DNA of 64,000 nt from Narcine bancroftii (Eukaryota), in the NCBI RefSeq assembly GCF_036971445.1, contig NC_091471.1, positions 295,554,001-295,618,000 on the forward strand. Reading direction: 5' to 3'. Of this stretch, positions 1-13,545 are shown in pieces. Each line of letters opens with the position of its first letter. Position 1 is the stretch's first letter. A model generated the notes under the pieces. The model saw only the letters and a list, made by a program, of their open reading frames with translations. It did no database searches and was not told the origin of the DNA. The translations under genes were made by a program, and so were the position numbers.

Positions 1-1040
1 TCGTGGGATCAGGATGACAGTTTACTCACATAGGATACCCGCCATCCCTCATTCACAACTCCATTGAAGACCATCCCTCTAAATATCACACCCTGTTGTT
101 TCTTGACACAGAGTGAAATAAAGAAGACTGCAGATGTTGTGATTGTAGTCAATACACAAACACAAACTGGCTTCACAGAATTTCATTCCATCTCGCAGCT
201 GTATTTCATCTTCTTCCCCATTCTTTCAGGCCATCCCTTTCCACTATCAGCAACTTCAGGCCATGATGGGTACCAGACTGAGACACACCATAAAACACTG
301 GAGATAACATTATTGTCAAAGCCTCGTTGTGCAGGCTGTTTTTTGACCAATGTTAGGGTTGTGTGCCTTCCTTCGCTTTCACACTGAAGTTCATGCCATC
401 TGCTTTTTCTCAGAATTAGCAATCTGCTCATTCCAGCAACTTCCTCACTACTTCCTGAACCAGCACACATTTAAGACAATCAAATTACAACTGAGATAGT
501 CTTGGCCTTTCTCCCATTCCTTCCCAACCTTCCCTCTTTCTGGTCCTTATTATCCTTGTTTCATATTTCCCAGATCAGCTGTAATCTTTACATCTGACTT
601 GTGCCTGAAAACATTCCTTGACCTTTATCTTCACAAGCGGTGTCTGTACAGTGTATGCTCAGCAAGTAGAATGTCTTCAAACAGCACTATACAATTAAGT
701 CCGCAGTGAGATGAAAAAGACTTCCAATCCAACAGCTGTTGGCAATTACCCCAGCAGAGTCTGAATGGCTGCAGAAGGTAAATTCTGCATGTGAAATGAG
801 CCTCAGTTATTCCGGGAGGGTTGATCAACAATGACATCCCCCAACAAAGGCCCCACAAGACAATGACTTTCATTTACATTTCTCACTGGTGTAGTCAGGT
901 CACAAGTATTTTCTCACCCACACTGCCCCTCCCCAAACCAACATCTGACCATTTATTTCACCAAGGAGTTTTGGATCTGATGGAAGATAGAGGGAGGGAA
1001 TGGAGGACCATCAGCCATGTACATAGTCCACTCTGTAGAC

Positions 1041-1372
1041 CAGTGCTTTTCAACCATACCACTCACATACCACTTTAAGTAATCCCTATGCCGTAGGTGC
1101 TCTGTGATAAGTAAAGGCAAACAGTTGAAAACCACTGTTTTAATCATACCTAATTGACTCATTATGTGCATGGTTTCATAACTCCAAAGGAAATCAGCTA
1201 ATGACAATTTTTCTCAAGCAAAATATTTCAGTAACAATTGGGTCTAGAGCAGTGGTTTTCAATCTTTTTTTCCCCATTCACATACCACCTTAAGCAATCC
1301 CTTACTAGTCACAGAGCACTGATGGCATAGGAATACTTAAGTGAGTGGAAAGAAAAAGTTTGAAAACCACTG
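1041..1372. mobile_element. Composite hAT (Charlie/Buster-like) MITE, copy 1
   Basis: Two CAGTG(G/C)TTTTCAA...TTGAAAACCACTG units (1041-1137, 1250-1372) flank a 112-bp spacer; reverse-complement homologue at 49842-50199; no matching TSD at this copy. Confidence 0.75.
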
Positions 1373-1526
1373 ACCTATATCACCCACCTTCTAGGAAGGA
1401 CAGCCAACATACTAAACACATCAAACTCCATATACACTCTCTTCTCCTACCTCCCAAAAGGGAGAAGGCTCAAGTGCTTTAAAGGCTTAAAGACAGTTTG
1501 ACACCACAACCATCATAATGTAATCA

Positions 1527-1709
1527 TGTATGTGTATATGTGTGTGTTTGTCTGTTAGTGTGCCTATATGTATGTGTATGTTTCCATGTTTGTGTGTGTG
1601 TGTGTGTGTGTGCGTTTGTGCATCTGTTAGCATGCCTGAATGTATGTGTATGTTGCCATGTTTGTGTGTGTGTGTATGTGCGTTTGTGCATCTGTTAGCA
1701 TGCCTGAAT
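1527..1709. repeat. (TG)-rich microsatellite with a longer tandem unit, running into an assembly gap
   Basis: TGTG runs; the block tgcgtttgtgcatctgttagcatgcctgaat occurs twice. Confidence 0.9.
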
Positions 1710-1963
1710 NNNNNNNNNNNNNNNNNNNNNNNNNNNNNNNNNNNNNNNNNNNNNNNNNNNNNNNNNNNNNNNNNNNNNNNNNNNNNNNNNNNNNNNNNNN
1801 NNNNNNNNNNNNNNNNNNNNNNNNNNNNNNNNNNNNNNNNNNNNNNNNNNNNNNNNNNNNNNNNNNNNNNNNNNNNNNNNNNNNNNNNNNNNNNNNNNNN
1901 NNNNNNNNNNNNNNNNNNNNNNNNNNNNNNNNNNNNNNNNNNNNNNNNNNNNNNNNNNNNNNN
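1710..1963. other. Assembly gap (254 N)
   Basis: Run of n. Confidence 1.
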
Positions 1964-3112
1964 ACATGAGGAAGATTATTCGTTCAACAAAAACAATGAT
2001 AAACTATAACCTGGTCAGTAAAATTCCCTTTCACCAAAACGTTTCTTCTACCGTTCGAGGTGTTTCCAGACTGCAGGCTGTGGGCAGGGAGAGGATGAAG
2101 CCTTTTCCATACCGTCTGTTCCCCGTACTCCGTAGTATCTCGCCTGCCGTGCCTGCAGCATGCATCTACCACTTCCTGCTCTGCTTGATGAGAAATAGAT
2201 TGCTGAGCAGTTTCCTGCTTTGTACCTCCTCTCCCACCTACTTCATCCATATCACCCGTTAATACTGAGTAACACCCAACATCCTTTTCTTTCGGAAACT
2301 TCCCGATGCTTACCAAATTTCAAATGCAGAGAATAGTCCCTTCGGCCAAACATCATGCTGTCCTCAGCTTCTTTCATTGGCTTATGTTTGGCCCTGTCAC
2401 ACTAAGCCTTCCCCACCCTGTCAGCCTATCTTAAACATTGTAATTGTATCTACCTCTGTCACTTCCTTTCTAGCAGGTCATTCCATATAGCCGTCACCCT
2501 CCGAGTGAAGGCCTCTCAGCTTCAAACTTTATGCTTTACTTTTACCTCCCCTACCCCAGAAAAAAAAAGCTATGAACCTATCCACGTCTCTAGAGATAAA
2601 CAAGAAAGTCTGAAAGCCTGCTGACACTGTGATTGTAGTTTAAGATACAAAAATGCTGGAGGAACTCAGCAGGCCACGTGGCGTTCTTCATTGTAAAGAT
2701 AAATAACCAACATTTCGAGCCTGAGCCCTTTGTCAAGGTATGAGCAAAAAGCAGGCTGGTGCCTGGATAAAACAGTAGGGGGTGTACAGGTGCCCAGGCA
2801 AGAGGTCGTAGATGTATATGGGTGGGAGGGCAGAGAGAAAAGAGCAGAGAACTGCCTGTTCAGAAAATAGCCCATGCCTTTATTATTTCCACCAAAGTAC
2901 TTCAACATATACTTCTCTACACTGCACTCCATTGCCTTGCCCAATCTCATAACTTGTCTATGTCCTTCTGCAGACCCAGAGCTTTCTCATCACTACCTGT
3001 CCCTCCTCCTATCTTTATATTATCCACAAACGTGATCACAAATTCCATCATATAAATCAGTGACATATAATGTGAAAAGAAGAAGACCCAGCATTGAGTG
3101 CAGTGGAACACT

Positions 3113-6100
3113 ACTGATTCAGATTTCTTGTCAGAGTACATACATGACATCACATACAATCTGGAGATTCCTTTTTCCTGCAAGCATGGCAGAATTACCA
3201 CTAATTAGTAGCGCAAAAATTTAACTGTACGTAGCATATACATGTAAACAAATAAAAGAACTGTAAACAGATAATGAATGTAACCAATGCAGAGAGAACA
3301 AAAGAAATCAATAAAGTGCACAAATAAGAGTGCTTAAATGATTCTCTGATTGAGTTTGTCGTTGAGGAGTCTGATGGTGGAGGGATAGCAGTTGTTCCTG
3401 AACCTGGTGGTGCGAGTCTTGTGGCACCTATGCCTTTTTTCTGATGGCAGCAGTGAAAACAGAGTGTGTGCTGGGTATTGAGGGTCTTTGACGATTGCTG
3501 CTGCCCTCCAACTGCACTGTTCCCTGTAGAGGTACTCAATAATGGGGAGAGTTTTGCCTGTGATGTCCTGGGCTGTGTCCACTACCTTTTGGAGGGCTTT
3601 ATGCTAAGAGGTATTGGTGTTCCCATACAAGACTGTGATGCAGCCAGTCAACACACTTTCCCACCAAACCTCTGTAGAAATTTGCCAGGTTTCTGGTGTC
3701 ATATCAAAGCTGCACACACTCCTGAGGAAGTAAAGGTGCTCATGTGCTTTCTTCATGATACCATTAGTGCATTGGGTCCAGTAAATATCCTCTGAGAGAG
3801 TGACTCACAAGAACTTAAATTTTTTCACCCTCTCCACCTCTGATCCCCCAATGATCACTGGATTGTGAACCTCTGGGTTTCCTTTCCTTAAGTCAACAAT
3901 CAGCTCCTTAATTTAGGTGGCATTGAGTGCAAGGTTGTTGTTGGCGCACCATTGAGCCAATATTTATATCTCCATCCTATATGTTGACTTATTATCTCCT
4001 TTACCACTACCGTAGTACCATCTGCAAATTTGTAGATGATGTTATTGTCATACTGAGCCACACAATCACAGGGGTAAAGTGAGTAGAGCAGGGGGCGAAG
4101 AACACAGCCCTGTGATGCTCCAATACTGATAGAGATTGTGGAGGAGACATTCTTACCAATCCTCACTGATTGTGGTCTGGAGGTAAGGAAATCCATGATC
4201 TAATTACACAGTGGGGTGTTAACTCCCAGGACTTGGAAATTTCTGATCAGTTTTGAGGGGATGATGGTGTTAAATGCTGAACTGTAGTTGATAAAGAGCA
4301 TCCTGATGTATGCATATTTGGTGTACAGTTGTTCCAGGGCTTTGTGTAGGGCCAGTGAGATGATATCCGCCGTAGCCCTGTACTATTATAGGCGAAGTGG
4401 AACGTGTCCATGTTACTGCTCAGACAGCAGCTGATATGCTTCAAAACCAGGCTTTCAAAACACTTCATCACTGTTGATGTAAGTGCAACTCGTCAATAAT
4501 CATTTAAGCAGGTTACTACACACTTAGTTTTTCAAGCTCTGCTGGGACCAAGGAAAGCTGCCTCAGGACCTTCGTGATGCCATCATCATCACCCTGTACA
4601 AAAACAAAGGCAAGAAATCAGACTGCTCAAACTACAGGGGAATCACGCTGCTCTCCATTGCAGGCAAAATCTTCGCAAGGATTCTCCTGAATAGAATAAT
4701 ACCTAGTGTCGCCGAGAATATTCTCCCAGAATCACAGTGCGGCTTTCGCGCAAACAGAGGAACTACTGACATGGTCTTTGCCCTCAGACAGCTCCAAGAA
4801 AAGTGCAGAGAACAAAACAAAGGACTCAACATCACCTTTGTTGACCTCACCAAAGCCTTCGACACCGTGAGTAGGAAACGGCTTTGGCAAATACTAGAGC
4901 GCCACGGATGCCCCCCAAAGTTCCTCAACATGGTTATCCAACTGCACGAAAACCAACAAGGTCGGGTCAGATACAGCAATGAGCTCTCTGAACCCTTCTC
5001 CATTAACAATGGCGTGAAGCAAGGCTGTGTTCTCGCACCAACCCTCTTTTTGATCTTCTTCAGCATGGTGCTGAAACAAGTCACGAAAGACCTCAACAAT
5101 GAAGATGCTGTTTACATCCGGTACCGCACGGATGCCAGTCTCTTCAATCTGAGGCGCCTGCAAGCTCACACCAAGACACAAGAGCAACTTGTCCGTGAAC
5201 TATTCTTTGCAGACAATGCCGCTTTAGTTGCCCATTCAGAGCCAGCTCTTCAGCGCTTGACGTCCTGTTTTGCGGAAACTGCCAAAATGTTTGGCCTGGA
5301 AGTCAGCCTGAAGAAAACTGAGGTCCTCCATCAGCCAGCTCCCCACCATGACTACCAGCCCCCCCACATCTCCATCGGGCACACTGAACTCAAAACGGTC
5401 AACCAGTTTACCTATCTCGGCTGCACCATTTCATCGGATGCAAGGATCGACAACAAGATAGACAACAGACTCGCCAAGGCAAATAGCGCCTTTGGAAGAC
5501 TACACAAAAAAGTCTGGAAAAGCAACCAAATGAAAAACCTCACAAAGATTAGCGTATACAGAGCCGTTGTCATACCCACACTCCTGTTCGGCTCCGAATC
5601 ATGGGTCCTCTACCGGCATCACCTACGGCTCCTAGAACGCTTCCACCAGCGTTGTCTCCGCTCCATCTTCAACATTCATTGGAGCGACTTCATCTCCAAC
5701 ATCAAAGTACTCGAGGTGGCAGAGGCCGACAGCATCGAATCCATGCTGCTGAAGATCAAACTGCGCTGGGTAGGTCACGTCTCCAGAATGGAGGCCCATC
5801 GCCTTCCCAAGTTCGTGTTATATGGCGAGCTCTCCACTGGCCACTAAGACAGAGGTGCACCAAAGAAGAGGTACAAGGACTGCCTAAAGAAATCTCTTGG
5901 TGCCTGCCCCATTGACCACCGCCAGTGGGCTGATCTCGCCTCACAGAAGACCGCAGAGCCCACCTCACTGACAGAAGACAAAGGAGGAAAAACCCAACAC
6001 CCAACTCCAACCCACCAATTTTCCCCTGCAACCGCTGCAACCGTGTCTGCCTGTCCCGCATCGGACTTGTCAGCCGCAAACGAGCCTGCAGCTGATGTGG

Positions 6101-6600
6101 ACATTACCCCCCTCCATAAATCTTCGTCCGCGAAGCCAAGCCAAAGAAGAAAGACACTCTTCTTGGGCACCAGTATGATTGACACCCGTTTGAAACAGAT
6201 GGGTACCAAGCCCTGCTGAAGTGAGATGAAGATATCCGTGAATTCCTTGATAGGTTGGTCAGCACAGATTTTTAATACCCAACCAGGAACTCCATCTAGG
6301 CCGGATGATTTCCTCGGATTCACTCTCCTGAAGACAGCATGGATGTCATCGTCAGGTACAGACAGGGTGGGATCATTAGAGGATGTGGGGGTGCAGAGGG
6401 GTGAGTCTTCGCTTTTACTGTCATCAAATCAGGCGTAGAAGGCATTGTTCATTTGGGAGAGAAGCTTTGCTGTCTGCTACTTTAACAGGTGATGGCATTT
6501 AGGCCCTGCCACATCTGTCAGGTGACCCTTGTTTCCATTTTCATCCAGAATCTCCTCTTCACCCGGTGACCGGCAGCCAAATGGAAAAGGCCCCTTTTAT
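3113..6600 (-). mobile_element. Degenerate Rex1/Babar-type LINE split by an RTE insertion (pieces ~3113-4524 and ~6153-6600)
   Basis: RT fragments [38 protein letters not shown] and KFADGTTVV, plus NPRKSSGLDGVPG...VPKKS continuing across the RTE; GAATCA-type tail near 3113. Confidence 0.8.
4526..6152 (+). mobile_element. RTE-clade LINE, 5'-truncated (RT ORF 4771-5847)
   Basis: NYRGITLLSIAGK, LPESQCGFR, VDLTKAFD, GVKQGCVLAP, LFFADN, YLGC, LRWVGHV; C-terminal CxxC finger; 3' end GCGAAGCCAAGCCAAAGAAGAA. Confidence 0.92.
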
Positions 6601-6879
6601 CCCCACTCTCTGACTCCTGCCAGCCAGACAATCTTCTATCCACATGGTCTCTTAACGTCATGTCCAGCTCCTTGTCAAAGGCCTCTGAAAACCTAAGCCA
6701 ACCACAAAAGAAGAGCAGGAAACACTCTTTGCATTCACCAAGACAACATGAGGCACTTCCTCTCACTGGCCACCCCAGCCTAGCTCATGGCAACATTCCC
6801 TGGTATTGATGAGCAGGTACTGGAAGGCAGAAAGGGAGCAGGGGAATGGAACCAACTATAGATAACATTTTCCAAGTTC

Positions 6880-8650
6880 TAGTAATTTTCCATTTTAAAA
6901 CAGGTCATCTTCCAGGCAACATAAGCTTCAATATTCCAAATTACAATCCTATCACTCCAATAAACCAAACTTCTTAGTTGCAGCTTTAATATAGCTTTAA
7001 TTCATTGATATAATGTATAAACATTTTGCATAACTTCACATCTAGACTTCATAATGATGGATAAATAAAGCATTCCATTATATTTAAAGACATAATGATA
7101 TAAGAAATTATTAAAACTAATTAAGATGATAAGATGACAATAATATGAATTCAAAGAAGAGTACTTTGAGAGCTTATGTCTCTTCCATGGTTCTCCGAAG
7201 AATGAAGTAAGCTCTGTACCCCTGGATATTACGACATATGACATCATAGTAATTATGGTAACTACAAACAACAATCTTATCCTTAAAGGGATGGTCATAA
7301 TATTAATTAAAGAACACAGGGTTTTAGCCTTTACACAGTCACATTGATGGGCTCTGAGATCAAATCTTTTGGGAGTAAAAGGAACATGGAGCAATAGAAA
7401 TGCAGTTACCCTTTACACACTTTGGGCTCTTGGCACAGTAACATTTGTTATCAGAGATACCTTGCAACTCTGAAAGGTGCTTAGATATGGTCTTTATTTG
7501 TTTTTTATTTCTTCTCTTGTCCCTTGATAAATCTTGGTTGTTTCTTCCCTCATCTCCCAAACCATTTGTTGATTTCTTTCAGAGGTCCATTTTGTGGGTT
7601 ACCTTTCATAAGAACTTCAGCTAAGGTTTCTTATCATTGTATGGTCACAAGCTGCTATTGTCTCGCACATGTATCCCTTTGCTCAGGCAGTTTTTGTCCT
7701 TGAGTCCACACTTTAATGACTCAGGCTTCTCTCCCTGGCCATGCAGTATTATTTCGAAAATTTTAATGGACCAATCTATACCTGGCATTGATAGTAGCCA
7801 ACAAACTTCCCTGACACAGATCTGACCAGAGTTGTTCTTCAATTGTGTCTCAGTCTGACTCCCATCTCACTCTAGACTTATGCAAACCTGGCTTTGGGCT
7901 CTCACTCATCAATTAAAAGAGTACATTCTAGAAAGAAACTTGTATACATTTCCTTCATGGAGTAGTTTCTCCAGTGAGTCCCGATAGAGTCATTTTAGGC
8001 CCAAATTGGCCCGAAGGAAGGATCACAACTGAAGGTAACAAAAAAGGTCTTAATGGACAAGTCATATTTCTTCTTCAGCTGTTCAAAGGACATGAAAAGT
8101 CCTTTTACATAACAACCCCCTTATGATACCAGCCTTCCAAAATGTTATTGTTCAAATTCATGGGTTTAAGTTCATTTTGTCTTAAAGTTGTCTTCAATGA
8201 CAATCCTCTTTTCAGTCTAGAGACTCCACAGATTTCACCTCATATTTTAACCAAGGCTTTTAAAATGTTCTGCTGGCTATAATTCTGGAATTCTATTTAT
8301 ACATGAAATCATTATACACCTTCTCTTTCAGAGAGTGCAATCAAATTTGTGCCCAGGAGGGGGATATCGTCCCTCTCAAAAAAATGAAGAAATGAATCTC
8401 ATTTGGGCCGCCAAATAATACTTTTGGAAACTAAGGCAACTGGATGCCTCTTAACCAGTAATTCCATTTTAACCTTTCCATGGATATTCTGGGTACCTTA
8501 CAGTTCCAAATAAATTGCCCAACATGTTTATTAAGGGTTTTAAGAAAAAGTTTGAGGTAGTGGAATTGCCAAGGATTGGAATGTATTTATCTTTGACGGC
8601 AGGCGCATACATGCCAGAAAGCAACCTTGCCCAATCCACACATATTTGGG
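6880..8650 (-). mobile_element. Old, heavily mutated L1 ORF2 3' fragment
   Basis: Frameshifted minus-strand remnants such as FQSLAIPLPQ, GQFIWNCKVPRISM and RGIQLP, typical of the L1 RT C-terminal region. Confidence 0.6.
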
Positions 8651-8828
8651 TTGGTTAGTTCCTTTTAAGTTTTGGTTTCGTTACATGGAGTGCAGAGAGA
8701 CAGCAGAGAAAAAGGCCCTTCAGTCCATCCAGTCTGCACTGGCAACAAACACACATCCTCTCTCATCCAAAAAAAATCCTATTTTTATTTTTCCCATATT
8801 TGCAACATAAACTATTTTTATTAAATAT

Positions 8829-9272
8829 GAGCACATTTAGCGTAGCGGTTTGCTATTTCAATGTCAATCGGCGCTATCTGTTTGTTCACTCTCCTCGTGT
8901 TGTAGTGGGTTTTCCCCAGGTGCTCCGGTTTCCTCCCACTCTTCAAAACGTATGGGGCTGTTGGTTAATTTGGGTATAATTGAGCGCCGCAGGTTTTAAA
9001 TAGCCAGAATCTGCTTCTACATGCAGTAAAGTTTTTTTTTAATTTAAAAATGTAGCTATTTAAATACAATACAGTGACAGGCCCTCCCAGCCCACAAGCC
9101 AGTGCCACCAAAATACATCCATGTGAGCAATTAACCTGTTCATTCCATGCGACTTTGCACCTGGAGGAAACTCGCGCGCATGTGAAGAGAATGTACAATC
9201 TGCTTACAGACAGCGGTGGGTCGCTGGTGCTGAATGAGTGCTGCGCTAACTGCTATGCTAACTGTATTGCCC
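8829..9272. mobile_element. Two HE1-like V-SINEs arranged tail to tail
   Basis: V-domain-like gtgggttttccccaggtgctccggtttcctccca on + at ~8905-8940; second copy on - ending ~9272. Confidence 0.65.
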
Positions 9273-9596
9273 AAACTGGAACAAAAACACCTCATACTCT
9301 GCCTGGACAGTCTATAGTCCAATGGATGAATATCGAATTCTCCAGTCCCCTCACTATTTTTCCTTTATATTTATGTTCCTCTGCCTCCCCGACCTATTTT
9401 TGTCCCCTTTCCCAAACACCCCTGCCCAACTCCCAACCTTCACACCTCCCTATTGTTTTTAACCTTCCTTCATCTCCATTTCACTCACAGGATTTCCACA
9501 TCCTTTTCAGTTCCATCTGGCCTAATTTTACCCTTGCCTCTCCCTAATATCTTCCATTATCACCCTCTCTAATTATCAGTTTCCTGCACTAATAAC

Positions 9597-10176
9597 CAGT
9601 AGCGCCTTTTATATTGCAGACCAATGGCATTCCTGTAGGCATAACCGTCTCAGGGAGTCGGCTTGCAAGTTCACACAGAGCCGATAAAAGCTGGCTCCAT
9701 GAGTCCTTTCACACTGCAAGCTGGCTTCCCAAAGCAAAAGAGGAGGGACGTATATTGCAGCAGCTTCGGCGACAACTGTAAGGTAAAACATACATGCCCG
9801 GAAGTGACATGGCCTGCACTCAAATTGGCAGTGGTACAGCATATGCGTTTGATAGTCTTGTACATTCTGCACAGTCTTAGAACTCAATCAAAGCTTCTGA
9901 GTGTTGTAATCGAAATTATTAAGGAAGTCGTTGGTACTGATAAAGTTGTATAATTTGAATTTCCTGCACTTATGTTGCATGCTAAAGATGTCATCACGAT
10001 GTCATCAACCCTTTCCATTTTAGATAGGTCCAGCAGTGCTACGCACCACCACTGAGAGTACCTCCTCTTAGAGGATTGAAGACGGGTAAGACTGGACCAC
10101 CCAATCCGCCTTTGAATTTTTTTTACGCACAGAGCTCGAAAGCTGGCTTTACAGCTCTGTGTAAAAGGGACTACTG
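9597..10176. mobile_element. Putative non-autonomous DNA transposon with imperfect TIRs
   Basis: Left end CAGTAGCGCCTTTTATA versus reverse complement of right end CAGTAGTCCCTTTTACA (14/17); subterminal hairpin at 10121-10166; no coding signal. Confidence 0.4.
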
Positions 10177-11221
10177 TCTCCACTGATCACCCCCTCCAGC
10201 AGTCTCCTACTTCACCCTATAGGCTTCATCTTCCTCCACCTGACCTCTTGCCTCTCTGTCTGGCATCTGTAAATCATCTGCCTTTCCTTCACCCTCCCTG
10301 GTTCGACAATCCCCTACTGGTCCATGTCCAACCTCTCCCAACCGTTCTCTATAATGCCTATCTCCCCTCTGCATTGTCAGTCTCGGTTCAGACCTGAAAT
10401 GTCGACCACTGTTAACCAAACCAATCTCATGTCTCCAAATACATCTTACCACATCACATTCCTTTATGCCTTACGGTCTGCAGGCTTCAAGGCCTGACAG
10501 ACCCCTGAACCAGGACCTTATCTTTCTGGTCTCTCTAGTTAACATGCCTGCTCATTGCGAGATCTTTGAGTGGCAACTCCATTTTGTTTACCCTCTCATT
10601 ACAGACCATCCCCGTCTGTCCCTAATTGCCTCCCAATAGCCCCAGTAGACACTGTGCCTGTGAGCTGTGGCAGAGTCCAGGCCCTCACACCCCGCCAGTA
10701 TTCCTGGGCAGCAGAGAATCTCCTTTGGCCTCCTACTCATTCCAAGTTGGCCATTTGCATTCAGTCTTCCTCCTTTCATCAGTTGCAAAATAACCATGCA
10801 AGCAAGGCCTAGAAACTGACATCACTTGCCCAGGCACATCATTTTTTAAAATTTAAAAACATACAGCAGAAGTATAAATCATTAATCAAATACTCAGATA
10901 AATTAAAATGACCAAAGTGCCCCAGGAACACATTTCTATATCTCCTGGACAGGTTTAAAACTTAAGGTATGAACAATGAGTTTTCTAATTTTATGAAATC
11001 CTCCATCTGAGTCACTGTTTTCACTTCTTCTTTATCTACTCCTGTACTTATTTTTTTAAATCTCTTTAACTTTTCTTTCACTCCTCCCCACCCCACAACC
11101 TTAATGGTTTCTTCTTCTACCTGCCTCCACATCTCACACCTTCTGTCCTATCACCTCTAGACCCCTTCCCCAGTTATCCCCTTTTATTCATATAATTTTA
11201 CCTATTTTATTTTAACTGAGA

Positions 11222-12000
11222 AAGATGGCAACGCTGTTATTGGTGTGGACCCATGGCGAGCAGAGATGCAGAGCTCCTGCAGGGTCCAGCTGCCCTGGCT
11301 TTGAGCAGCCCACTGGGGGAGCTGACGGTGGTGTTTATTTGAAATCCCGTTACCACGGATCTGCTCCCAAAATGGTGGCGCCTATTAATCTGCAGCATCC
11401 ACGAGGGGCTGCAGTCTCCAAGAAAGCAGAGGACTGGAGCAGGGCACCAAAGGACAGGAAGATCACCCACCACCATCCCCACCCCCACGTCTGAGAAGGA
11501 GAAGCAGAGGAGAGAACCTGCGATGATAGTGACCAAGGCGACAGATCAGTGAGGGGGCTCTGCGGCTGAGGGACCAATGCGCGAGGCGGGCTGCTGGCGA
11601 CGAGGCGAGGAACCCACGGAAGCTGTGGGCTGCCGGAGACTGATGTCAGGAGACCCGGGCTGTGGACTGCTGGAGACTGGCTCGAACTGGCTGGATGGGG
11701 GAGGGGGGTTATCGGAACTGGGATACAAGAAGGTGCTGAGAGCACTGGAGGGTCCCTGACTGTGTCGGAGGTACGGATCTGGAGCTTGGGTTGCCCGTGA
11801 TTTGGACTGGACTCTGTGTGGCTGTGGAGGCTGCGGGAGTGCTGGAGGTGAATCCACGGGCACTCATTGACTCTAGGGGATTAAGCTCTGGGAGGCGCTT
11901 AGGCAATTCCTGCTGATAGCAAATTTGTCTGCCTTGCAGAGGGCAAAAAGAAATTTCATGTAATAGTACATTGTTTTATTACTATGATAATAAATTGAAT
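11222..12000 (+). mobile_element. GC-rich unclassified retroposon (non-autonomous LINE derivative?)
   Basis: Starts AAGATGGC, GC-rich body, AT-rich tail AATAAATTGAAT; flanked by related ttaactgagaaag / ttaactttgataaag. Confidence 0.4.
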
Positions 12001-13293
12001 CTTAACTTTGATAAAGGGGCCACTGACTGACCATTTCTACCTGCTACCTAACCCTTTGAGATCCTCTAGCAATATACTTTGTCTGCTCTGTCCACGAAGT
12101 ATGTGTACAGAATGGCGCTTCGGGATACTAATCCTGTGTATGCATATTCTGTTCTGTACTGTCAGAGAATCGATGCCTCTTTCCTGAGCTCCAGACTCCT
12201 TTCACCCCAAGCATGTCAATCCTAAAGTGAAATAAGATGTAATGCTGTAAAAGTTCATGCAGTTACATATCATTGAATGGGCATTGTTGTTGCTCGTTTT
12301 CCTCAGAGGCAGCGGGTTTGTAGGGTTTAGGGGATTTCCTGTGTCACTGTTTTGCCCATCAGCAAACTATCTTGGTTGTTCTCTACATTCTGTGGTTGCA
12401 GACAAGTGCACACAGAGGGCTGAGAAATAAATAAACTTCCAAATGATGACACTCAGACTCTCTCTTTTTGCATGTTAAGATCCATCGCGCTGACGACAGG
12501 GAAAGTTGTTCCCCAAGTCAGATGGGTCAGTGAGGAAAAACTCATCACAGCCCAACTCTTCTACTGATCAATGAACCTCTATTACCACCCTGTTCATCAG
12601 CAAACGGTGGTCTGGTAACCCTAAAGTCTCTCTGTTCTCCGGCCGTTTAAATCTTGCCATGTTTTAATTTATTTTTAATGTCCATCATCCACAATTAATA
12701 TATTGTCACACTGGAAAGTTTGCCTAATGCTATTTTATTATTGAACAGTAGGGAATGTCAAAATATAAAGATAAAATCTTATCAAAGGATAGATTCGTAA
12801 GATTATTTTCAAGGATGTGCAAGCTGTCAATGCACATCCTAACAGCACTGCTAATCAGGTGAAGAGAAAGTCACCAGTTGATTATCCTGTCACTAAAGGC
12901 CTGGTGTTGTGGGGCCAGATCATAAGAAAGCAGGTGCACCAGAACATTTGGCTTTTCAGTCCAGAGCATTAACCTCATGTCTCAGAAAGAATTGCCGGTT
13001 GTGGAAATGTAGTGACTACTATCCATGAAAAGGCTACTCGAAGGCTAAGTCGGCTTTTAACTGTGATACATTGGAACAAATTCATAGTGAAGTCCAGATG
13101 TATTTTAAACTGTTTATTAATGAACACAAAAGGACTCAAAACGTGATCTGGTTGTTGTACAAAACATGATAATGACAGTGGCAATGTAGTAACGGTCAAC
13201 AACATAAAATATCAGAACCCTACTCACCCTCCCCATCAACATGGGCTAACTACCTCCAACCCCGCAAAACCCTCTCCCATCCACCAACAAGAA

Positions 13294-13545
13294 GGGCAGC
13301 ACGGTTGACACAATTCCTTTACAGAACCAGTGATCGGGACCAGACGGGGTTTGAAGCCCGCGCTGTCTGTGAGGAGTTTGTACACTCTCCTCTTTTCTGC
13401 GTGGGTTTTCCCCAAGGGCTCTGGTTTTCTCCCACCATTCAAAACGTACCAGGGGGGTGAAGATTAATTGGGAGTAAATTGGGTGGCAAGAACTCGTGGC
13501 TTGAAATGGCCCGTTACTGTGCTGTATGTCTAAATTAAATTAAAT
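13294..13545 (+). mobile_element. HE1-like V-SINE inserted in the BEL 3' LTR
   Basis: tRNA-like head, ctgtctgtgaggagtttgtac...gcgtgggttttccc V-domain, (TAAAT)n tail; absent from the other LTR. Confidence 0.8.

Noticed and set aside
1530-2009. Cys/Val-rich ORFs
   Set aside because: Translation of a TG microsatellite and the N gap.
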